Assembly: GCF_006345805.1 (NCBI RefSeq)
Contig: NW_021825027.1
Location: forward strand, 1-16,852
DNA from: Octopus sinensis
Taxonomy: Eukaryota
Direction of reading: 5' to 3'
DNA: 16,852 bases
Made by a program: the position numbers and the translations under genes
Part shown: in pieces, positions 1-9,034 of the stretch
Numbering within the stretch: position 1 is the stretch's first letter
How the letters are laid out: every line of letters starts with the position of its first letter
Notes under the pieces: generated by a model
The model's input: the letters and a program-made list of their open reading frames with translations, nothing else
Told to the model about the DNA's origin: nothing
The model's database searches: none

Positions 1-239
1 AAAATAAAAAAATCTCCATTAGTGTTATCTGTTTAAAAAGTGTTTCCGTCATGACTTCAGAGATACTAAAAATTCTATAAGTAATTTCTAACGTCTACTT
101 ACTTTCCACCCACCCGGTATATAAAAATAGCTATTGTTTAAAGTCTGTGTTGCGTTGACAGATTTGCATTTAAAATTCCGACGTCTTTAATCAAAACTTG
201 TTAATTACTACGATGACAACACTACCTATGTATCTCTTA

Positions 240-313
240 TACACACACACACACACACACACTCTGTCTCTGTCTTTCTTTCTCTCTCTCTCTCTCTCTC
301 ACACACACACTCA

Positions 314-365
<52 letters not shown>

Positions 366-390
366 ATAATATATATAATATATATATATA
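240..390. repeat. Compound microsatellite (CA)n/(CT)n/(TA)n
   Basis: Direct reading of the sequence. Confidence 0.95.
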
Positions 391-574
391 TTGATCGGTA
401 GCCACTACATACATTTTTCTTTCCTGTTCTCTCCTTGTTTCTTTCTGTGTCCCTTTCTGTAGAAGAGCGTAGGCTCAAAAACGTAGTAAAAGACTTTTTC
501 TATTCTGAGTGTTATACATCTGTTTGTTTTCTACATCGCCTGTCATGTTTCTTTTTTTTCGTGAATTCTCCCTC

Positions 575-575
<1 letters not shown>

Positions 576-672
<97 letters not shown>

Positions 673-676
673 ATAT
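576..676. repeat. (TA)n microsatellite
   Basis: Direct reading; a few interruptions. Confidence 0.95.
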
Positions 677-775
677 AAAATTGAGGGAGATAAATTAATA
701 TTAATTTTAATATCAATTAAAACCAGTAGCCAGCATTCAAAAAATCTGAGGAGTCAGAGAAAATTCAAATATATG

Positions 776-829
776 TGTATATTGGCAGGGCTGGCCTGCT
801 AGGTAGCCGGCCAGCCCTGCCAATATACA
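776..829. repeat. Near-perfect 54-bp palindrome with 21-bp arms
   Basis: TGTATATTGGCAGGGCTGGCC (776-796) is the exact reverse complement of GGCCAGCCCTGCCAATATACA (809-829). The 12-nt spacer TGCTAGGTAGCC contains GCTA/TAGC. Confidence 0.9.
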
Positions 830-918
830 TATATTATATATATATATATTAATATATATATATATATATGAAGAGAGAGAGAGAGGAGAGAGAGAGGATA
901 GATAGATAGATGATAGAC

Positions 919-955
<37 letters not shown>

Positions 956-1040
956 TGAATATATATATATATATGTATGTATGTTTGTATGTATGTATGC
1001 ATGTATGTATGTATGTATGTATGTATGTATGTATGTATAT
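830..1040. repeat. Compound microsatellite (TA)n/(GA)n/(GATA)n/(TATG)n
   Basis: Direct reading. Confidence 0.95.
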
Positions 1041-1094
1041 GTGATGCGTAGATTGCATGGGTGTGTGAGTAAATGTTATAGTATATTGCTTTTT

Positions 1095-1152
1095 ATCTGC
1101 TGATGAGTACAACTAACCATATGAACAATTGCAAGAAACCTGGAGGTGCGTC
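1095..1152 (+). ncRNA. Degenerate hammerhead-ribozyme-like motif, probably inactive
   Basis: CTGATGA at 1100-1106, an imperfect stem II (GTACAACT...AATTGCAA), GAAA at 1135-1138 and stem III ACC/tgga/GGT. Position 17 is G and stem I is only about 2 bp. Confidence 0.3.
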
Positions 1153-1217
1153 ACAATGGGGAATCCGGCTTACATTACGCACACACAAATACACAACACA
1201 CACACACACACACACAC

Positions 1218-1983
1218 AGGAGTGCCGCGTTTTTGGTAGTATATCCACACGGATCATAAGCACATCAGAGTGATGACATCAAAGATGAATTTGGATCGCT
1301 TTGCAGCGGGGAAGGCTAATTTTATGGCTCGTTTAGCCGCCATGGACAAAACTTGAGTTCATCGTTGATTCCCAGATCCTGCAGCAATGGAGTGGTGCTG
1401 CCGCAGCTGTTCACCGCGCCATACGAAGTTTCGCGCCCAGAGGTCTGCTGGAAAGATTCTGTCTTCAATGTTCTGAGACAAAGACAGAGTACTCCTCATA
1501 AAATATCTGGCTACGAGTCGCACCATTAACGCAAAATACTACATTTTCCTCTGTTGGACGAACTGGGCTTTGAAGCGGGAACGCCGTGGAAAGCTGGGAT
1601 GTGCCGTCCTGTTTTTGCAGGACCATGCACCAGCACACACTGCATATAAAACTCTATGGAAAATACAACGCAACTTGGACACCGAATTGGTAGACCACTC
1701 CCCTGACTTGGCCTCGTCCGACTATCACCTCTTTCCACAACTGAAGAAACATCTCACGTAAGCGAAATTTCACTCCGTTTCGAAAGAGATCGCTGCTACT
1801 GAGATCTGGTTGGAAGCCCAACCTTCCGAATTTATTTTTACAGGGCTTAGAAACCTGAAGGACCACTGCAATAAGTGTATGTGAATCTTTAAAGGGAATA
1901 TGTTGAATAAAATCATAATTAACTGATCCTCCTGGATTTTCTTTTACCCAAAACCAGGAACTTTTCAGCCCCACCTTCTCGTA
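1218..1983 (+). mobile_element. Decayed mariner transposon, 3' portion with right TIR (irritans/Hsmar2-like termini)
   Basis: Translation across stops and frameshifts gives (W)VPR..., RLAAMDKT*VH (first catalytic D region), SAGKILSSMF*DK, VLFLQDHAPAH (second D) and SPDLASSDYHLFPQLKKHL (third D), then WLEAQPSEF...CNKC. The element ends in GGAACTTTTCAGCCCCACCTTCTCG followed by TA. Confidence 0.93.
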
Positions 1984-2007
1984 TCATTCTCTTCTATTTT
2001 TATTTTA

Positions 2008-2213
2008 GAAAATGCTTTAAGGGTGTCGCGAAAGGCCTGGTTAGAGGCTCAACCTTCCGTTTTCTTTTACAGGTCTTAGAAAAACTGAAGGACCGTTGCA
2101 ATAAGCGTGTGAATCTGAGAGGGGAGTATATTGAATAAAATCATAATTAACTGATTCTCCTGTATTTTCTTTTATCCAATCCAAAACTAGGAACTTTTCA
2201 GAACCTACTCGTA
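2008..2213 (+). mobile_element. Mariner internal-deletion derivative (MITE-like), copy 1, left TIR degraded
   Basis: GGGTGTCGCGAAAGGCC is joined to the transposase 3' end shared with 1805-1983. Right end is GGAACTTTTCAGAACCTACTCG followed by TA. Confidence 0.85.
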
Positions 2214-2229
2214 CATATATAAATGTATA

Positions 2230-2518
2230 TACGAGGGGGTTTTGAAGAGTTTCTGGCTTTAAGGATGTCACGAAAGGCCTGGTTCTAAAGGACCGCTACA
2301 ATAAGTGTGTGAATCTGAGAGGGGAATCATCATCATCATCATCATCATCATTTAGCGTCCGCTTTCCATGCTAGCATGGGTTGGACGGTTCAACTGGGGT
2401 CTGGGAAACCAGAAGGCTGCACCAGGCCCAGTCTGATCTGGCAGTGTTGAATAAAATCATAAGCAACTGATTCTCCTCTATTTTCTTTTATCCAATCCAA
2501 AACCAGCACCTACTCAAA
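2230..2518 (+). mobile_element. Mariner deletion derivative, copy 2, interrupted by a retroposon fragment
   Basis: Starts TA-CGAGGGGGTTTTGAAGAGTTTCTGG. Body matches copies 1 and 3 and is split at GGGGAAT / TGTTGAATAAAA by an insertion of about 118 bp. Confidence 0.85.
2327..2444 (-). mobile_element. (ATG)n-tailed retroposon 3' fragment, RTE-like
   Basis: A (CAT)n run is followed by TTTAGCGTCCGCTTTCCATGCTAGCATGGGTTGGACGG, inserted in MITE copy 2. Short tandem-repeat tails are typical of RTE elements; the family assignment is from memory. Confidence 0.6.
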
Positions 2519-2534
2519 CATATATAAATGTATA

Positions 2535-2755
2535 TACGAGGGGGGGTTTTGAAAAGTTCCTGGTTTTGAGGGTGTCGCGAAAGGCCTGGTTGGAGACCCA
2601 ACCTTCCGAGTTCTTTAACAGAGTTTAGAAAAACTAAAAGCCCACTGCAAAAAGTGTGTGAATATGAGAGGGGAATAAAATCATAATTAACTGATCCCCC
2701 TGTATTTTCTTTTACCCAAAACTCGGAACCTTTCAGCACCCCCACCCCCCTCGTA
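2535..2755 (+). mobile_element. Mariner deletion derivative, copy 3, with both TIRs and TA flanks
   Basis: TA-CGAGGGGGGGTTTTGAAAAGTTCCTGGTTTT at the left end and AAAACTCGGAACCTTTCAGCACCCCCACCCCCCTCG-TA at the right end. Confidence 0.9.
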
Positions 2756-2765
2756 TATGTACAAA

Positions 2766-3804
2766 TATCAGGCTGAGTAGAAAGTAAGCAACGTTTTGAA
2801 ACATGAAATTCATCACAATATATTTCAACAATGCGGAAATTTTATTCATCAAAGTTAAGTACCATTACAATCAACACAATTTTGCCAACGAGTTACAAGT
2901 TCGTTTATTTTGGTAACATAAAAATCTGGAGTTCTGGAGCTGATGAACCCTTTGAATGCACTTTCAGCATCGGTTTGCTTTTAGAAATCCTCTCGCAGGA
3001 AACCATCAAAGTGCTTGAAAAAGTGGCAGTCGGTAGGAGAAAGGTCTGGAGAATAGACTGGGTGAGGAAGAACTTCGTAGCCAAGTTCCCTCAATTTCTG
3101 GAGCGTCGTTAGTGAAACGTGTGGTTAAGCATTGTCATGAAGAATGATTGGCCCTCTTCTGTTGACCAGTCTGGGATGGAGGAGTTGCAGTTTTTCGTTC
3201 ATTTTGGCAACTTCATGGCAATATGTTTCTGCAGTAATGGTTTTTCTGAGTTTTAAGAAGTTCTAGTGGATGAGTCTAGCAGTACACCACCAAACAATCA
3301 CCATAACCTTCATTTTGAAGAGCTCAGGTTTAGGGAAGGTTTTCGGTGCTTCATTTTCGCCCAACTACTGCGAAAAACGTTTTATTTTTTTTAGTTGTAC
3401 AGAATTCCCTTTTCATCGCAAGTTACTGTACGGTCGAGACATGGATCGGTCTGGTTAAGAAGCGACGAGCAAATTTCATATCTGCGCATTCTCTGATTTT
3501 CATTCAAATCGTGTGGTACCCATTTGTCGAATTTTTTGATTTTCCGATCGCATGCAAATGGTTGCAGGCAGTTTTCTGGCTAACTTGATGTTCCTTTGCC
3601 AGTTCTCGAGCGGTTTTAAGTGGATCTTTCTTAAGGACAGTCTTTAATTGACCGTCATCGATGACAAGGGAACCTTCACTACGCAGTAGAGACCTCAGCC
3701 TTCAATGTTGATGTCTCCACTGCGAAATCGTTTAAAAACCATTTTCGAGTTGGCCACACACTGGTCATTTCCTCACCAAACGTTTCGTTGATATCGCGAG
3801 CAGA

Positions 3805-3808
<4 letters not shown>
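2766..3808 (-). mobile_element. Decayed mariner transposon, cecropia subfamily (Hsmar1/SETMAR-like), most of the transposase plus right TIR
   Basis: Minus-strand translation across frameshifts gives ESARDINETFG, IDDGQLKTVLKKDPLKTARELA, FDKWVPHDLNENQRMRRYEICSSL, TVTCDEKGILY, HDNA*PHVSLTTLQKLRELGYEVLPHPVYSPDLSPTDCHFFKHFDGFL and RWQNCVDCNG. These closely match the Hsmar1 transposase as I recall it. The TIR-like end is TA-TCAGGCTGAGTAGAAAGTAAGCAACGTTTTG. The 5' end stops at a (TA)n run. Confidence 0.93.
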
Positions 3809-3862
<54 letters not shown>

Positions 3863-3867
3863 AATAT
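3809..3867. repeat. (TA)n between the mariner and the SINE, possibly the SINE tail
   Basis: Direct reading. Confidence 0.9.
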
Positions 3868-4120
3868 AAATGCGCCCTTGTAAAGCCTAGCCAGGCTCAT
3901 GGGCCCGGTTCCCGGTTTCAATGGCGTATGTGTTCCGTTCCCCAGCCGGACGAGACGCCAGTCCATCGCAGCGTTACTCATTTTGCCAGCTGAGTGGACT
4001 GGAGAACGTGAAAATGAAGTGTTTTTGCTCAAAAACACAACGCGTCGCCCGGTCCAGAATCGAAATCACAATCTTACGATCATGGTGCTGACACCCTAAC
4101 CACTAAGCCACGCGTCTCCA
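3868..4120 (-). mobile_element. tRNA-derived SINE, apparently full length
   Basis: The minus strand begins TGGAGACGCGTGGCTTAGTGGTTAGGG (A box) and contains GATTTCGATTCTGG (B-box-like). These are followed by TTGTGTTTTTGAGCAAAAACAC...CTCCAGTCCACTCAGCTGG and CTGCGATGGACTGGCGTCTCGTCC, which resemble CORE/V-type SINE central domains from memory. Confidence 0.8.
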
Positions 4121-4324
4121 CACACACACACATATATATATATAAGAGTATTGGCGCAAGTGCAGAGTAGTGGTGTTAATACTGTTTGTGATAGGGAAAA
4201 GGTCGAAATTGTTAATGTACAACAGGTGACCTTTAAACCTTTCTCCCAGAAAAGGTCTTACTTACAACCTAACGATGCCTGGTTCCCACCAAAATTATTG
4301 AAAAATAACAATTACACCCATTGT

Positions 4325-4341
4325 CGTTGTTGTTACTATTA

Positions 4342-4394
<53 letters not shown>

Positions 4395-4405
4395 CATCAT
4401 CAATA

Positions 4406-4485
<80 letters not shown>

Positions 4486-4505
4486 GTTGTTATTATTATT
4501 ATTAT
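4325..4505. repeat. (ATT)n microsatellite
   Basis: Direct reading; source of the poly-L/I/Y ORFs. Confidence 0.97.
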
Positions 4506-4569
4506 CAGAAGGCACAAAATGGCGTCAACATTATCATCGCCATTTTAAAAAAATCACCCATAACAATAT

Positions 4570-4680
4570 TATCATGATCATCATCATCATCATTATCATC
4601 GTCAACTGCAGCAGCTACGGTAGCAGCAGTAGCAGCAACAACAACAACAACAACAACAGCAACAACAATAGCAGTAGCAG
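4570..4680. repeat. (ATC)n/(AGC)n/(AAC)n trinucleotide runs
   Basis: Direct reading. Confidence 0.9.
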
Positions 4681-4744
4681 AGAAATGAACTGCGGAAAGG
4701 GGAAAAATAATCCATTTGTCGATTTTTTGCCCTCGCCATCCCAC

Positions 4745-4905
4745 CCTCTTTCTCCCTCTCTCTCTCTTTCTCTTTTGTCCCTCTGTACACACACACACAC
4801 ACACACACACACACCCATACACACACATACACACACACATGCACATATATACACACAGACACACACGCGGGCACTCGACTATATATATATATATATGTAT
4901 GTATG
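4745..4905. repeat. (CT)n/(CA)n/(TA)n compound microsatellite
   Basis: Direct reading. Confidence 0.9.
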
Positions 4906-4999
4906 CTAGTTCGGGGTTTGCGCGTGTGTAAATTGCACCTTTATAAAAAGGAAGGCACACTTCATGCAGGGTTGAAAACGTTGAAACGAACGGCGACAG

Positions 5000-5120
5000 G
5001 GACAGACAGACAGACAAATTTAGAGAGAGAGGGAGTGGGAAGAGAGAAGGTGGAAGGGAAGATAGAGAGACAGGTAGAGAGAGAGAGAGAGATGAGAGAG
5101 GGTGGTAAGATAGATAGACG

Positions 5121-5176
<56 letters not shown>

Positions 5177-5294
5177 GATATAGATAGAGATAGATAGATA
5201 GATAGATAGATAGATATATAGATAGATATTAGATAGATAGATAGACAGATAGATAGATAGATAGATAGACAGATAGACATATATATATATTATA

Positions 5295-5367
<73 letters not shown>

Positions 5368-5470
5368 ATAGATAGATAGATTAATAGATAGTTAGATAAT
5401 AGATAGATAGATAGATAGATAATATATAGATAGATAGATAGATAATAATTAGATAGATAGATAGATAGAC

Positions 5471-5514
<44 letters not shown>

Positions 5515-5608
5515 GAGAGAGGAGAGAGAGAGATTGATAGATGATGAAGACAGACAGATAGATAGAAGACAGTCAGATAGATAGATAGATAGATATACAG
5601 ACAGACAT

Positions 5609-5649
<41 letters not shown>

Positions 5650-5701
5650 ATATATAGATATCTATATATAATATATATCTATATATATATATATATATAT
5701 T

Positions 5702-5732
<31 letters not shown>

Positions 5733-5774
5733 TAGATATAGATAGATAGATAGACAGATAGACATATATATATA

Positions 5775-5816
<42 letters not shown>

Positions 5817-5920
5817 GAGAGAGAGAGAGAGAGAAGAGAGAGATGATAGATAATAGACAGACAGACGATAGATAGACAGACAGTCAGATAGATAGATAGA
5901 TATATAGATAACAGACAGAC

Positions 5921-5957
<37 letters not shown>

Positions 5958-6015
5958 CTAATTATATATATATGTATGCATATATATATATATAATATAT
6001 ATAGATGATAGATAT

Positions 6016-6063
<48 letters not shown>

Positions 6064-6110
6064 GCCGACAGGCAGACAGACAGGCAGACAGATACATAGA
6101 TAGAGAGACA
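5000..6110. repeat. About 1.1 kb compound microsatellite (GATA)n/(GACA)n/(GA)n/(TA)n
   Basis: Direct reading. Confidence 0.97.
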
Positions 6111-6359
6111 GAAAGGAGAGGGTTAGGGGATGAAATTCAGCCCAGACCCTATCTAACTGAATTAGTGTTGTAGTTTAAACAAGAAGAAAACCAAAATCCC
6201 CAAATCGAGGAGGACACCAGAAATTTGATAGGGAAAAGTGGAAAAAAAAGCCCCTACATTAAATCTGTTGGGATCATTAAAACCATCTGCTCCCTATATT
6301 TTTTTATTGCAGTTTTTCTAAGTTTTTATTTACTGTACATTTTTCTTTCGGTATGCAGC

Positions 6360-6407
6360 TGTTACTGTTGTACTTGTTGTTGGTGTTGCTGTTGCTGCTG
6401 CTGCTGC

Positions 6408-6440
<33 letters not shown>
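6360..6440. repeat. (GTT)n/(GCT)n
   Basis: Direct reading. Confidence 0.9.
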
Positions 6441-6509
6441 CGTTCGTGACTTTTAGAGAGAAAAAGTAGTTTTTGAATTAAGGGTTGCAGTGCATTCATA
6501 TTTCGAGTG

Positions 6510-6658
6510 TGCGTGCGTATATGTGTATGTGTGTGTCTCTTATATACATATATATGTGTGTCTCTATATACATATATATGTGTGTCTCATATACATATAT
6601 ATGTGTGTCTCTATATACATATGTATATATGTATATATGTATATATGTATGTATATAT

Positions 6659-6689
<31 letters not shown>

Positions 6690-6840
6690 ATATATATATG
6701 GTATATATAGATACATATATGTATATATATATTTATTAGGTGTGTGTGGGTGTATTATATATATATGGATATCTAAATATATGCAAATGTATGTTTGTAT
6801 GAATGTGTGTGTTGTGTGTGTATATATATATATATATGTA
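6510..6840. repeat. (TA)/(TG) compound microsatellite containing about 4 copies of a roughly 24-bp unit TGTGTGTCTCTATATACATATATA
   Basis: Direct reading; the unit copies lie at about 6530-6622. Confidence 0.85.
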
Positions 6841-6852
6841 AGGTTAATCCAA

Positions 6853-7032
6853 ACATGAAAACACAAAGAGAAAGCACAACAACGCGAGGACGTGGAACAA
6901 ATATAGTGTTATTGGACGCTCAGGAAGGAAGGAGAGAAAGAAGGAGGATTTAACGTTTCGAGCAGAGCTCTTCGTCAGAAACAAAGGAAGACGGAGGGAA
7001 AAAATCGCCAACGATACACACGCGGTCACATA
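6853..7032 (-). mobile_element. Probable Penelope-like element terminal (pLTR-derived) fragment carrying a minimal hammerhead
   Basis: Contains AACGTTTCGAGCAGAGCTCTTCGTCAG, the reverse complement of a CTGANGA...GAAACGT hammerhead core typical of PLE termini. No RT or GIY-YIG coding sequence is seen and the boundaries are approximate. Confidence 0.55.
6948..6982 (-). ncRNA. Minimal type I hammerhead ribozyme motif
   Basis: Minus strand reads GTTT-CTGACGA-A-GAGC-tct-GCTC-GAAA-CG-T-T-AAAT. It has a complete core, a 4-bp stem II, a loop-less palindromic ACGT stem III and a weak 4-bp stem I. Confidence 0.65.
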
Positions 7033-7459
7033 TTCGCAGCTTTAAAGCTGAAACACTGAAAAGATTCAAAATAATTAAAAAAATATGAGTACATATATGC
7101 ATAGCATATGTAAATGTATGTATATGTATGTTTGCATGTATGTACTCATATATACTATTAATTGGGAATTAATTTGTTCTGCAAAGCCATACAAACCTGG
7201 GACCACGTTTAGAAGCATATCACCATATTTTTACATCTAAGGGTAACGTAATAAATTCTAGACAGGAATAAGCTTTGAGATGCTTCCACATGAGGAAATT
7301 CATATTTGCCCAGTATAAATGAATAATAAACATTTAAACAATAGAATGTTTTGAAATAATGGACTATAAGTGATTATTCAATCAAAACCTGAACAACTTT
7401 ACATCATACAACGTAGAGTAAATAAGCGAAACACTTCAAGCAGCTAAATTGAAGGATAT

Positions 7460-7558
7460 TAAACAGAAACATTGAAGAAACTGCACCGGTTTTATAGTAG
7501 GCCTGCAATTGCAACGATTGCTAATCGGTACAGTTGAAACATGAATAGGTTTATGTAA
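7460..7558 (+). ncRNA. Degenerate hammerhead-like motif with long stem II
   Basis: TTGAAGA (7472-7478; C3 replaced by T), then AACTGCACCG/CGGTACAGTT (9 of 10 bp paired), then GAAA directly followed by CATG. Confidence 0.35.
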
Positions 7559-7653
7559 AGCTGTATATATATATATATAACTGTATAATAATATATGTTC
7601 TCCGATTTGAAGCGTCAATTTTTAAGTACAAACAAATGTCCGACAAAATGATG

Positions 7654-7748
7654 AGCTAACCCTAACCAGACTCGAACCCACAAATCAACGCTAACACGAC
7701 TCCTTGCACATCCGATTGGGTCAAACGCTCACCCATCTATTTCAGCCA
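7654..7748 (-). mobile_element. Old tRNA-derived SINE head relic
   Basis: Minus strand has TGGCTGAAATAG (A-box-like) and GGGTTCGAGTCT (B-box-like), with longer-than-usual spacing. Confidence 0.35.
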
Positions 7749-7854
7749 AATTTAATGAATATATACTTAAACTGTCTAATACTACATATAATATTTGAAA
7801 ACAAAACAGAAGGGCTTTGTAAGTTACAGAGAGAAAGCTACTATGGAAATCTCA

Positions 7855-7859
7855 TAGTA

Positions 7860-7891
<32 letters not shown>

Positions 7892-7918
7892 ATAATAATA
7901 ATAATAAATAAATAAATA
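7855..7918. repeat. (TAC)n/(TAA)n/(AAAT)n
   Basis: Direct reading. Confidence 0.9.
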
Positions 7919-8062
7919 ACCTGATGTAGTAGCAGGCAGTGGGTCAAAGTGGCATGCAACATCAACTAAGTAACATATGTGGTGCATCTTGTCCACCACC
8001 GCTAGGTCCAATCTGTTATGCTCTAGCACTTGATCTGTTTGGATTGGGAAATCCTAGAGGCA

Positions 8063-8079
8063 TTCATTATTATTATTAC

Positions 8080-8172
<93 letters not shown>
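8063..8172. repeat. (TAT)n, the (AAT)n tail of the adjacent minus-strand element
   Basis: Direct reading. Confidence 0.95.
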
Positions 8173-8173
<1 letters not shown>

Positions 8174-8360
8174 GAGTGAGAGAGCAGTGCATGCTATCAA
8201 AGTGACGCTGGGGTAAAATATACGAAGCCCAGTATACCCGTCATGACTACCCGTCTGATATGGGTACACCAAGCACATGCTTCACAACCATATGTGCGTG
8301 ACATGGTGATTTCATATCAAGATAAACAGCACATGACCTTGCAGGTGGGGCCCAGTTAGA

Positions 8361-8363
<3 letters not shown>
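8173..8363 (-). mobile_element. AAT-tailed non-autonomous retroposon, 5'-truncated copy (3' about 190 bp)
   Basis: Highly similar to 8451-8641 and to the reverse complement of about 16080-16270. Confidence 0.85.
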
Positions 8364-8435
<72 letters not shown>

Positions 8436-8450
8436 TATTATTATTATTAC

Positions 8451-9006
8451 TGAGTGAGAGAGCAGTGCATGCCATCAAAGTGACACTGGGGTACAAATAT
8501 ATGAAACCCAGTATACCCATCATGACTACCCGTCTGATAAGAGTACACCAGGCACATGCATCACAACCATATGTGCGCGACATGGTGATCTCATATCAAG
8601 ATAAACAGCGCATGACCTTGTAGGTGGGGCCCAGTTAGAATTTGCTTCTGGTCAAGTAGCCCATCCCGCTCAAAAGTCCCTGAATAAGGGTTGTTAAAAG
8701 ATGTTGAATGAAACACCCATGTTTCCAGGGGTGAATTATTAAAACCCCAAAGAATCCCTCTCATCACATGGCTATGATGCTCCCCCACTACTTCTGCTCA
8801 TGATCAGAGATGCACATATCATCAGCCACGAAGAGACATGCTCAACTGGTTACGGTCAAACAACTGACAAGCAAATCTGGTATTGAGCAGAATATTTGCT
8901 GTAGCCCATCTTTTATACCAAGACAAAACAATGTACATGATAACACTTCCAATCAGTTAAGATGAAAAGCCATGAGAGCCACTGTCTGGTACTGCATCAG
9001 GGCATT
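8451..9006 (-). mobile_element. AAT-tailed non-autonomous retroposon, longest copy (about 555 bp)
   Basis: Colinear reverse complement of 15725-16270. The (AAT)n tail is at 8364-8450. No coding homology or A/B boxes were recognised. Confidence 0.85.
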
Positions 9007-9034
9007 TGTTATTATTATTGTTATTGTTGTTGTT

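Noticed and set aside
162-169. Octamer ATTTGCAT, and a TATA-like TTATAAAAAG at 4941-4950
   Set aside because: These short motifs are expected by chance in AT-rich DNA, and there is no associated gene or snRNA.
746-770. CTGAGGA...GAAA hammerhead-like spacing
   Set aside because: No stem II can form (GTCAGA) and there is no stem III or stem I.
2940-3005. CTGATGA...GAAA inside the minus-strand mariner
   Set aside because: It lies in transposase coding sequence, lacks the A15.1-U16.1 pair and has no convincing stems.
6120-6128. TTAGGG telomere-like motif, also CCCTAA near 4095 and 7660
   Set aside because: They are single isolated hexamers, not arrays.
7388-7435. CTGAACA-stem-loop-GAAA just upstream of the 7.5-kb relic
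   Set aside because: The core has a mismatch at G8 and there are 8 extra nt between the stem and GAAA.
8770-8826. CTGATGA (CTGACGA at about 15896) within the AAT-tailed element
   Set aside because: It is followed by GAAG rather than GAAA, and no compatible stems were found in either copy.
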